A stretch of DNA of 64,000 nt from an uncultured Candidatus Saccharibacteria bacterium (lineage in GTDB: Bacteria; Patescibacteriota; Dojkabacteria; SC72): contig CAZUDZ010000001.1 in assembly GCA_964618765.1 (NCBI GenBank), forward strand, positions 69,826 through 133,825, read 5' to 3'. A model generated the notes under the pieces. It searched no databases and was not told the origin of the DNA. It saw only the letters and a program-made list of their open reading frames with translations. Made by a program: the position numbers and the translations under genes. Shown one piece after another: positions 1-7,780 of the stretch (position 1 is its first letter; the number at the start of each line of letters is the position of its first letter).

Positions 1-1380
1 ACCTTTATTCCTCTTATTTTCCAACAGCAAAAATTCAGTGTCTTTGTATTTGTTCTTGATTACCTCGTTTATGAATTCGACACTCTTATCTGTAGAAGCA
101 TCATTTATAATTACCACTTCTTTTGTAATATTTTTAGGAAATGTTAGAGATGCAACCCTTTTAATTATTTCGGACACACTTCTTTCTTCATTGTATACGG
201 GTATTATTATGGAAATTTTTTGAAGATTTTCATTTCTAGAATGTTCAGGTAGAAGCATTTGGTAGTACTCCCCTATCATATGCTCTTTAGAGAAATATTC
301 CTCATTTAAATCAATCATACTGTTAACAAAAGAAAAATTGCTACTTTCGAGTATGGCTTTTTCAAGCTTTTCTACTAAATCTTTCACATTATTTCTTTTA
401 AATATGAAATTTTCAGTTTCCACCTTTTTGGCAATCTCTTTGTTGCTAGGAGCATTTGAGAAAACGGGGATATTTCCCATAGCTATCGCCTCTAAATTAG
501 CAATAGCTAAACCCTCACTAAAAGAGGAATTAATATATATTTTCGATTTTTTAAGAAGAGAAATGAAATCATCATGTTTAAGAAATTGTTCTACAACTCT
601 TACATTCTTAGGCAGATCAATATTCCTGTACTCTAGTATACTTCCTGAGCCGATCAGCATAAAAAGCCATGTAGGATGTTTAGAAGCTATCTGTAAGTAT
701 GCCTTAAGAACTAAACGAGGGTTTTTAACTTTAATCCACTTACTTGCCCATACAACTATGTTTTCTTTCTGTCGTAAATCTAGATTATGATTCTTAATGT
801 CATATGAGTTGTATATGACTGATATCTGCTCCTTGTGCACATTAAAATTTTTAGAGACCCATTTCCTTCCAGTTTTAGATACGGCGATAATGTCCTGGGC
901 TCCAGTTAGAACATACCCGAAGACATGCTGGTCTAGCCAATTAATAATCTTGGTGGCTAGTTTACTTTTCATATATATCCTCCCAGCATTATGCTCTATA
1001 ACAGTATACGGCCGAGAAAGTAGATTACAAATAAAGTAGAGCATCAAACTGCTAGTAAAGTGTCTACTATGGATTATGATTTTTGCATTAGGATTTTCTT
1101 TAATTGTAGACAAGGTTTTAAAGAAGAACTTAGCACCGAAGATAGGATAGCTGTTCTCAAAGATATTTACAGGTTTAAAACTCATTTTCTCAAATCCATC
1201 TTCTTGCTTCTCAAACTCTTCTTCAGAACCGAATATAGCTAAGCATTTAATACCTTTGTTGGAAAGTTCTTTTAGCAAGGTAAAAGCCATACTTTCCAAT
1301 CCCCCCACTCTAGGGGGGAAGTAATGAGAGATGGATATTAAATCATATTCTTTTTTTACTTTTTCATTTTTCTTTGACAC
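1..1380 (-). CDS. Glycosyltransferase, GT4 (group 1) N-terminal module fused in frame to a GT2-like C-terminal module; 3' end runs off window start
   Basis: Hand translation of the minus strand from GTG at 1380: ...ISISHYFPPRVGGLESMAFTLLKEL... (GT4 N-terminal motif), ...SFSEGLAIANLEAIAMGNIPV... (GT4 E-x7-E motif), then in the same frame ...KISIIIPVYNEERS...VVIINDASTDKS (GT2 motif) near nt 100-240. No stop seen across checked segments 960-1380. Absent from the ORF track because it is open to the window edge. The + ORFs 38-1242 are antisense to it. Confidence 0.6.
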   Translation of the reverse strand, partial: MSKKNEKVKKEYDLISISHYFPPRVGGLESMAFTLLKELSNKGIKCLAIFGSEEEFEKQEDGFEKMSFKPVNIFENSYPIFGAKFFFKTLSTIKENPNAKIIIHSRHFTSSLMLYFICNLLSRPYTVIEHNAGRIYMKSKLATKIINWLDQHVFGYVLTGAQDIIAVSKTGRKWVSKNFNVHKEQISVIYNSYDIKNHNLDLRQKENIVVWASKWIKVKNPRLVLKAYLQIASKHPTWLFMLIGSGSILEYRNIDLPKNVRVVEQFLKHDDFISLLKKSKIYINSSFSEGLAIANLEAIAMGNIPVFSNAPSNKEIAKKVETENFIFKRNNVKDLVEKLEKAILESSNFSFVNSMIDLNEEYFSKEHMIGEYYQMLLPEHSRNENLQKISIIIPVYNEERSVSEIIKRVASLTFPKNITKEVVIINDASTDKSVEFINEVIKNKYKDTEFLLLENKRNKG

Positions 1381-1382
1381 AA

Positions 1383-3284
1383 CTATTTAAACAGTATGAA
1401 ATTATCAGATATATATATTAGCTCTCTCTTTACTCTTCTTTGATCTTCTAGCAAATCTTCTTTGAGTATTGTGATTGGGTATGAATTATTTATTGGTAAT
1501 GAGTAAATATTGTATAACCAAGAGTAGTCATTTAACTTAATTGAGCGCTCTAATCTAGATGTATACAGAATTTGTATCTTACTTCCCCCAGGGATACCTG
1601 GAGAAGTAAGGAGCTCCTCATATGTTTGAATACTAGGATTTTCTAAATATTTTAAGAGGTTCTCTCTAGTTTCCAGTTGCATGTATTGGGCATTCGCAGT
1701 ATCTACATTTCCTAAGGAAGTTAAAACTAGTTGAGTGTAAGGATCCGAAAGTATGAAAGTGTCTGTTAAAACATTCTTCTTAACATACTCTATTACAGTC
1801 TCATCTTCCTTAACAATTGCAGAAGCAGTCCCATTCTCCTGTGTGTAGAAAGTTAAATATCTACGGTACTGAACAAAGAAATTTAATCCCCAAGTGAGGA
1901 TTAATGCTCCAAAGAGGAAAAGTTTAATGATGGGTTTAAATCCTAAACTCCAAATATAGTTGATAACGATTAAAGAGGCAAAAAATCCTAATCCAATGGC
2001 AAACTTGTTGGCATATGTAGGTGCCAACAAGAAGAATATTACACCAAAGGAGAGGAAGGAGAAAAGAGAGAGCATTAATTCACTTTTTTCCTTCTTAAAA
2101 AGGATTCCAATGTATGCAACTAAGATTAATAGCCATCCTGCCCCAACATTTTGGAAATATATCAACAAATTATTCGGATAATATGCGTTGGTAGCACTCC
2201 CTACTACCTTTAGTGCATCCTGTTGTATGAGTTTTTCAACACTAAACCCCGCTATATTCGCCACTGCGAAGAACAGTACTGAGAGAGCAAGTAGGAGAAG
2301 GAAGATATTCTTCTCTTTTTTACTCTTTAATCTTTGTATGATCAAAGATCTAAACCAAAGATAACCAATAAATATCGATCCGATGATGAAATGAGTGGAG
2401 AAAAGCAGAAGAGAGATTAAAACTAGTTGAAGTGTACTTATCTTTCTTTCTTTAAATGTAAGAATAAAGAGATAGAGGGCTAAGGTTTGAGGTATGAAAA
2501 ACAGGAAATCATATCCACCCATTACAAAGGTTAGCAGAGTTAGTAATACTCCCAATTGAGACCAAAGAGTACTTTTTGTAACCTTTTTAAAGGTCATATA
2601 TATGGGAATACTTGCAACCAAGGGAAATACAATATCCAGTACGTAGAATGTCTTAACAGAATCGTTTCCTAAGAATGTGACAATATTACCCAAGACAATA
2701 TGGTAGAAGGTTGTATATCCATGCTGTAGGAAAAGGTTAGAACACTCTCCAGGCAAGAAGCACAGTATGCCATTGTGAAAAATTTTGTTTGGTACTGTTA
2801 AGTGTTGGAGATAATCTAATGCTACGACAGAGTCTTTCTGTCTAATAAATATGAATACGAATATTACAAAGAGAATCGAAGGTACAAGGGCAGATGCAAT
2901 TTCTTTGAGAATTTCTTCTGACTCATTCCCACTCTTGTTATCCCCAATAATGAAGAAAATGAAAAGGATATTCCAGAGTATAATGTTAAATACTACTCCT
3001 AAAGGCAGTATTTCATTTAGAGAAAGACCTGTTAAATTTGCAATTAAAACTTGAAGGGCAAAGAGGATTGGGAAATAGATGAATAGGATAGCTGAAGACA
3101 CTCCAAATAATCTGGACTTGAAAACGACTCTGGATAATAAATTAGGAAGAGTGAGAGTAGTGAATATTAGATAGGCAATAAAGACATAATTAGTCCCCAG
3201 AGAGGGCAAACCATTACTAAATATCGAGTAAATTAAATACCCTATTGTACCGATATTAATTGTAAGTGAAATTGCATCAAACAT
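1383..3284 (-). CDS. Polytopic membrane protein (about 12-14 TM helices plus a C-terminal soluble domain); GT-C-type glycosyltransferase / O-antigen-polymerase-like
   Basis: 633 aa. The N-terminal two thirds is almost entirely hydrophobic helices and the C-terminal ~170 aa are hydrophilic. Directly downstream of, and presumably co-transcribed with, the GT4/GT2 gene. Family assignment comes from architecture only. Confidence 0.4.
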   Translation of the reverse strand: MFDAISLTINIGTIGYLIYSIFSNGLPSLGTNYVFIAYLIFTTLTLPNLLSRVVFKSRLFGVSSAILFIYFPILFALQVLIANLTGLSLNEILPLGVVFNIILWNILFIFFIIGDNKSGNESEEILKEIASALVPSILFVIFVFIFIRQKDSVVALDYLQHLTVPNKIFHNGILCFLPGECSNLFLQHGYTTFYHIVLGNIVTFLGNDSVKTFYVLDIVFPLVASIPIYMTFKKVTKSTLWSQLGVLLTLLTFVMGGYDFLFFIPQTLALYLFILTFKERKISTLQLVLISLLLFSTHFIIGSIFIGYLWFRSLIIQRLKSKKEKNIFLLLLALSVLFFAVANIAGFSVEKLIQQDALKVVGSATNAYYPNNLLIYFQNVGAGWLLILVAYIGILFKKEKSELMLSLFSFLSFGVIFFLLAPTYANKFAIGLGFFASLIVINYIWSLGFKPIIKLFLFGALILTWGLNFFVQYRRYLTFYTQENGTASAIVKEDETVIEYVKKNVLTDTFILSDPYTQLVLTSLGNVDTANAQYMQLETRENLLKYLENPSIQTYEELLTSPGIPGGSKIQILYTSRLERSIKLNDYSWLYNIYSLPINNSYPITILKEDLLEDQRRVKRELIYISDNFILFK

Positions 3285-3286
3285 AA

Positions 3287-3904
3287 TTATTTTTTACAAT
3301 CAATTATCATTTTAATTTTGTACTCAAGCTCTAATTCATAATTCTTACTTAGTACAGCTGTCTGGTTGTTTTTAGTAATTTCATAATCTACCCTCTCTTC
3401 GTGAATCTCTACTCTACACCCCTTATCTTCGAAATATACATACCCCTTCTCTTTCTTGTATTCAGTTCTATTAGAGTAATCCAACTGAATTTTGTATTTA
3501 AGCTCTGGAACATATGCATATGCTGTTTGTGTATTAATATCTATATCTAAGGATTTGTTGTCTATCGGTCTCACATTCACTTCTCTTCTGTTGCCCTCTC
3601 CGTTCTCGATATATTCAGTATAGATATTTGTTTTTACTATTGAGTTTTCTAAATTAGAGTTTTTCTGTATTTTGCTATTCACATTAAAAGGCTTTTCAAG
3701 GAAATCATCCTCATTAGTAATATGGTCATTCCTAGAAGCCATTTCGATATATTCAGAATTTGGCAACTGTATTATCACAGACTGTCTTTCATTAATAATT
3801 TGAAAGTTTTTGTACTGTGTATATGTTAGGTAATAGTTAAGGGATATGTATATACCTACTAGAGTGGCAAGAAGTACTGATAGTTTAAGATAAAATGTTT
3901 TCAT
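3287..3904 (-). CDS. Hypothetical secreted / membrane-anchored protein
   Basis: 205 aa with an N-terminal hydrophobic signal/anchor (KLSVLLATLVGIYISL). 3 nt from the upstream gene. No recognisable motif. Confidence 0.4.
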   Translation of the reverse strand: MKTFYLKLSVLLATLVGIYISLNYYLTYTQYKNFQIINERQSVIIQLPNSEYIEMASRNDHITNEDDFLEKPFNVNSKIQKNSNLENSIVKTNIYTEYIENGEGNRREVNVRPIDNKSLDIDINTQTAYAYVPELKYKIQLDYSNRTEYKKEKGYVYFEDKGCRVEIHEERVDYEITKNNQTAVLSKNYELELEYKIKMIIDCKK

Positions 3905-3943
3905 ACTATCTTAAATATATATGTATTAACGAAAAAATGAAAG

Positions 3944-4555
3944 TTACTTTTTTACATAAGTTCTCTCTTTAAGCAGGAGTACTCTTTCTCTTAAAGGTTT
4001 TTTGTCAAGTGTAAATGTCGCAGAGTTGTAGAGTATAGCTAAGAGTGTGGGAATTTGTCCTGTCCATACGGGAGTGGGAGTATTTTCTTGAATATTACCA
4101 TCTTTTAATTCTTTTAATAGCGCAATTAATCTGTGATTACCATCGATAATACTCCCTGTTGTGTATGGTAATATATTCTGATTTTCTACAATAAACAGAG
4201 GGTAATCATTGTTTTGTTCTTGGTTGTATATTACTAGGTTTGCTAGGTCTTGATTGATATTAGTAATATGTTTCCTAATTTCATTATTGTTTGGGAGGTA
4301 GTTTGATATTGTATCCCAATGTTTTGCTATCTCATTGGCTTGTGTAGTATTAGTTTGTTTCCATACATAATATGCCCATTCCCATGGTTGTCCGGTGTAT
4401 AGTTGGAGGTCGTTTCTTTCCATCAAATCCCCTACTGGTATATATTGTTTCTCCCATTTGTTTGATAGCTCGGCAGCAATGGGGAACCTATGATCATCTA
4501 AGCCTTTAGAGGTTTTTTCACTTTGTATTCTTTTATACTCTTCTTTAGGTTCCAT
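3944..4555 (-). CDS. Hypothetical protein with a possible ParB/Srx-like C-terminal domain (DGxHR motif)
   Basis: 203 aa. The motif GSIIDGNHRLIALLKEL resembles the ParB N-terminal / sulfiredoxin-fold DG[HN]HR motif. Weak, motif-level only. Confidence 0.35.
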   Translation of the reverse strand: MEPKEEYKRIQSEKTSKGLDDHRFPIAAELSNKWEKQYIPVGDLMERNDLQLYTGQPWEWAYYVWKQTNTTQANEIAKHWDTISNYLPNNNEIRKHITNINQDLANLVIYNQEQNNDYPLFIVENQNILPYTTGSIIDGNHRLIALLKELKDGNIQENTPTPVWTGQIPTLLAILYNSATFTLDKKPLRERVLLLKERTYVKK

Positions 4556-4580
4556 GTATTAGAGTTGTATTAGGATAATT

Positions 4581-4606
4581 AAAAAAAAAGATAACGAAGT
4601 GTTATC
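4581..4606 (-). terminator. Rho-independent terminator (minus strand) downstream of the 4700..5197 gene
   Basis: On the minus strand, GATAACACTTCGTTATC (6-bp perfect stem, 5-nt loop, 4590-4606) is followed by T9 (A9 on + at 4581-4589). Confidence 0.45.
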
Positions 4607-4699
4607 TTAATATCAAATGGTGGTACTAGGTGCTCTTCTTTCTTTTTTAAACTCTCAAATGAGAGAAAGAGGAAGAGCACCTTTTTGCGGTGTTAGGGG

Positions 4700-5197
4700 T
4701 TATTGGCAGGCATTTATATATTGGAATTGGGATTCCACAAAACCGGCCAATCTTGTATAGGGTAGAGAGCCTAAATATGTGTGAAATTCATCTATTTCAC
4801 CGTACAGGATCTCATCCCCAGCAGAAAACTCTATCCAATCACATCCCCCTGTTTCTAGTGCCTTATACCCAATAGTAAAGTAACCATCTGGGACGACAGA
4901 AACTTGGCATGAAGGTAAGTGACTACAACTGAGGGAAGGATAGTATGTAGGAATCCCAACTTCTTCATTGACAACAACTTTTTCTGTTTCCTCTGTTTTC
5001 TCTGCTTCCTCTGCTATCGGTTTCTCAACCTTGGACTCCTCGACTACGGGTTCCTCAGCTTTTGGTTCCTCAGCAACGAGTCTCGCAGTCCTAATGGAAC
5101 TGTTTATAACAATCCCCGGGACCACCATCATTGTGAGGCACGACAATGTGATTGCAATTATTGCAACCACTGCTACGATTCTACCGTTTTTCTTCAT
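4700..5197 (-). CDS. Membrane-anchored protein with an acidic EEP/KAEE low-complexity linker and a C-terminal globular domain
   Basis: 165 aa. N-terminal TM (IVAVVAIIAITLSCLTMMVV), then AEEPKAEEPVVEESKVEKPIAEEAEKTEETEK, then a Cys-containing C-terminal domain. Good SD (AAAGGAG) 8 nt upstream of the ATG. Confidence 0.45.
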   Translation of the reverse strand: MKKNGRIVAVVAIIAITLSCLTMMVVPGIVINSSIRTARLVAEEPKAEEPVVEESKVEKPIAEEAEKTEETEKVVVNEEVGIPTYYPSLSCSHLPSCQVSVVPDGYFTIGYKALETGGCDWIEFSAGDEILYGEIDEFHTYLGSLPYTRLAGFVESQFQYINACQ

Positions 5198-5258
5198 TTT
5201 AATCTCCTTTATAGAAATAGTTTTTTATAAAAAACTCCCTTTACACCGCACCAAACCT

Positions 5259-5278
5259 CTAACATATGTATATGTTAG
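5259..5278. promoter_or_regulatory. Perfect 9-bp inverted repeat (operator-like palindrome) CTAACATAT-gt-ATATGTTAG, 60-80 nt upstream of the 4700..5197 gene
   Basis: Read directly: ctaacatatgtatatgttag. The arms are exact reverse complements with a 2-bp centre. Confidence 0.35.
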
Positions 5279-5611
5279 AACCTTAGTGCGATGTATGGGC
5301 TATCTAAGAAGATTACCCTAATTATTATTCACCGCTACTTGTATATAGATGGATTAAATAAATAATCACATAATACAAGCTATTTTAAAGAACTTGTCCT
5401 TTTATACAAATAAAAGAGACATTAAAAAGATATATAAACACATCTCTATGAATGCGTCTTTTATTAAAAGGTATTATTTTTGGAAACTTGTATTTTAAAG
5501 AGCAGGTTCTTTATCTACAATCCTAGTACATTATATCATTTCTTCACCTTGTAGCTCAATACTATGGGTTGGCGGGAAGGAGTAGACTCCCTCCCTCACC
5601 CTATCTACAAG

Positions 5612-5830
5612 TTAAGCTATTCTATTGCTTAAAAACTTAGAAACAGCTATAAATCCTAAACCAGAAATATATGCTGATACAGCTACTATATTAAACAATA
5701 CAGCATCTGCTATACCTGTATCCTCAGGTATATGAGGAGTATATCCATCAGCTAATACTGGTGAAGTAAAAATAGTCAATATCCCAAAAGCAAGAATAGC
5801 TAACAAGAAGATCTTGTTTATTTTTTTCAT
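5612..5830 (-). CDS. Small secreted / membrane protein (signal peptide plus C-terminal hydrophobic segment)
   Basis: 72 aa. MKKINKIFLLAILAFGILTIFTSPVLA|DG looks like a signal peptide. The mature ~45 aa has a hydrophobic stretch, AVSAYISGLGFIAV. Confidence 0.35.
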   Translation of the reverse strand: MKKINKIFLLAILAFGILTIFTSPVLADGYTPHIPEDTGIADAVLFNIVAVSAYISGLGFIAVSKFLSNRIA

Positions 5831-5929
5831 AGCAGATTGTAAAGAACAATTTAATTACGGCTACATTATACCCCATAGTTAAATTCTATTCAATAGGCAC
5901 ATGAATAAACAGAGTGTAGTTGTGGATTA

Positions 5930-6577
5930 TTAATTGACCCTATTTAGGTATCTAAATACCCTAACTGGAGAGTTATACATTCTGCAAGTGTAAAGAATCA
6001 AATCTGCTTGGTAATCTGTTATCTGAGTATTGTCCTCGGCCTTGTATACTTCATATTCATAACTTCTCTGTCCCCATATTATTTGTACCCTATCTCCTAC
6101 TCTAAGCTTTGGAAGATTGTAGAAGGAACTCTTTTCTCTAAACTCTCGACTCCAATACACATATCCAAACCTATGGGCAGCTATTATTATTGGTGCGTCA
6201 TTGTACTCGGGAGTTCCAAAATTAGGAACTACCCATACCCCTTCCTCTAAGCCTTCTTTAGAATCAGGATTTTGAGAAATCTCTGAATCGACCCCTATAC
6301 TTGTTATTCTTAAAGTATTTTCCTCAGGCAGGGATATGTCTATTGTAGGAAGATCTATCTCAGAATTATCAGCAACCACCTCTTTCTCTACCTCTTCTAG
6401 TATTGTGAGTTGCTTCTCTATTGTTGTGAATTCACTCTCCGTTGCACTCTTGTCAACCGAATACCATATCTGAGGAAAGAAAGTAATTGCCACTACACAG
6501 AAAGCAAAAAATATTAGTACAATACCAAATGTTAAATATATTTTAGAAACTATTTTTAAAACCTTCTTTTTCCCCAT
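5930..6577 (-). CDS. Sortase-family transpeptidase (membrane anchored)
   Basis: 215 aa. N-terminal TM. Catalytic-triad-like motifs: His in IIAAHRFGY, Cys in LILYTCR (the sortase TLxTC motif), and a downstream Arg (VRVFR). Confidence 0.6.
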   Translation of the reverse strand: MGKKKVLKIVSKIYLTFGIVLIFFAFCVVAITFFPQIWYSVDKSATESEFTTIEKQLTILEEVEKEVVADNSEIDLPTIDISLPEENTLRITSIGVDSEISQNPDSKEGLEEGVWVVPNFGTPEYNDAPIIIAAHRFGYVYWSREFREKSSFYNLPKLRVGDRVQIIWGQRSYEYEVYKAEDNTQITDYQADLILYTCRMYNSPVRVFRYLNRVN

Positions 6578-6583
6578 ACGCTC

Positions 6584-7411
6584 TTAATTCTTACTTCTTA
6601 AATACATCTCCAATATCATACCACTATTACCTATTTCCTGTGCGTACTGTGTGCCGATATATCTGTAGTGCCAACTCTCGTAGTTGTATCCCGTTATACT
6701 CTCATATCCAGCTGGGTATGAAATTACAAACCCATACTTTGCTGCATTACTAGCTAACCATTTACTTGCTTTGGTACTTGCAAAAACACCTCCTAGCCCG
6801 TCCTTTATCTCTGCACTACTAAAATCAACAGCAGTGCCCAATTGGTGTTGACTATGGCCAGCTCTCGCAGAAATCTTATCTGCAGCAGCCACACTTCCTC
6901 CATTTACACTCAACCAGTGATTATATGTAGAAACTTGAGTGTTGTAGGAACGATATGCAGATCTGATACTTAAATCAATACCATCATTCACAGCAGCATT
7001 AACTAGATTTTGCAAGTCGTTTATTAATACATTTCTAAGAAGGAAATTTGTATTGTTTACACATCTGATATTGGCTACCTTTGCACAAACACTTACTAAA
7101 TCAGTAGGTGCATATGTAGCAGGAAGTTTGTACTCTTTATTTACTAAAACTAAAAGATCATTCCCATCCCTTGTTGTACCCTTAATATCTTTGGGATATG
7201 CCCACCAGCCGTCAATACTAGTACTCCTGCTACTATTAACGACAGCTCTTTTGGTTGGAGTTAGTTTCTCTAGCGGGATCTCTTGTTGTATTTCAGAGAA
7301 AACATAGCTGTTACTGTTCTCGTTTTCTTGAGTATGGCTTTCTGTATATACGATTGTGTATGTGTTAGCAGATAGAATTAGCGCGAATATACTACTTACT
7401 ATTTTGTTCAT
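6584..7411 (-). CDS. D-alanyl-D-alanine carboxypeptidase, VanY / peptidase M15B family (secreted)
   Basis: Signal peptide. M15 zinc-ligand motifs SARAGHSQHQLGTAVDF (H-x6-D) and ESWHYRY (the EPWH-like motif). Confidence 0.65.
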   Translation of the reverse strand: MNKIVSSIFALILSANTYTIVYTESHTQENENSNSYVFSEIQQEIPLEKLTPTKRAVVNSSRSTSIDGWWAYPKDIKGTTRDGNDLLVLVNKEYKLPATYAPTDLVSVCAKVANIRCVNNTNFLLRNVLINDLQNLVNAAVNDGIDLSIRSAYRSYNTQVSTYNHWLSVNGGSVAAADKISARAGHSQHQLGTAVDFSSAEIKDGLGGVFASTKASKWLASNAAKYGFVISYPAGYESITGYNYESWHYRYIGTQYAQEIGNSGMILEMYLRSKN

Positions 7412-7544
7412 ATCTCTATTTTACAATATATATCATTAATTCAATAGTAAATATTATTAGAAGTCTTCTCTATTCTTATCTAGGTCAGGAAGTATATGTT
7501 GAGAAGTATTACAATGTATTAACTAAATTATTATCCATACTGAA

Positions 7545-7766
7545 ATGAATTTAACAAAAAAGAATATTAGAATTATTAATGAAATAATGGAATTGTATAT
7601 TAGATATGTAAACAGTAATCTAGGAAACGATTTAGAGGATATAAATGAGCAGATAGTACAAAAGTCTTTGCCAATGGGTATGACATATGATCAATTATCA
7701 GAAAACATTATTGAGATATCAGGAGATGAGTACTTCAAAGAGTTAAGGATTGAAAGGTTAGAGTAA
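7545..7766 (+). CDS. Small hypothetical protein
   Basis: 73-aa ORF in an otherwise empty intergenic space. Plausible composition, no motif. Confidence 0.25.
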   Translation: MNLTKKNIRIINEIMELYIRYVNSNLGNDLEDINEQIVQKSLPMGMTYDQLSENIIEISGDEYFKELRIERLE

Positions 7767-7780
7767 AAGGGTTTTGAGAG

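Noticed and set aside
38-1242. Plus-strand ORFs 38..223, 338..790, 797..1039, 1060..1242
   Set aside because: They are antisense to the clearly motif-bearing GT4/GT2 glycosyltransferase gene and have low-complexity S/L/F-rich translations.
5568-5600. GGGAAGGAG-taga-CTCCCTCCC inverted repeat downstream of the 72-aa gene as a terminator
   Set aside because: The stem is imperfect and no T-tract follows on the relevant (minus) strand. It is left uncalled.
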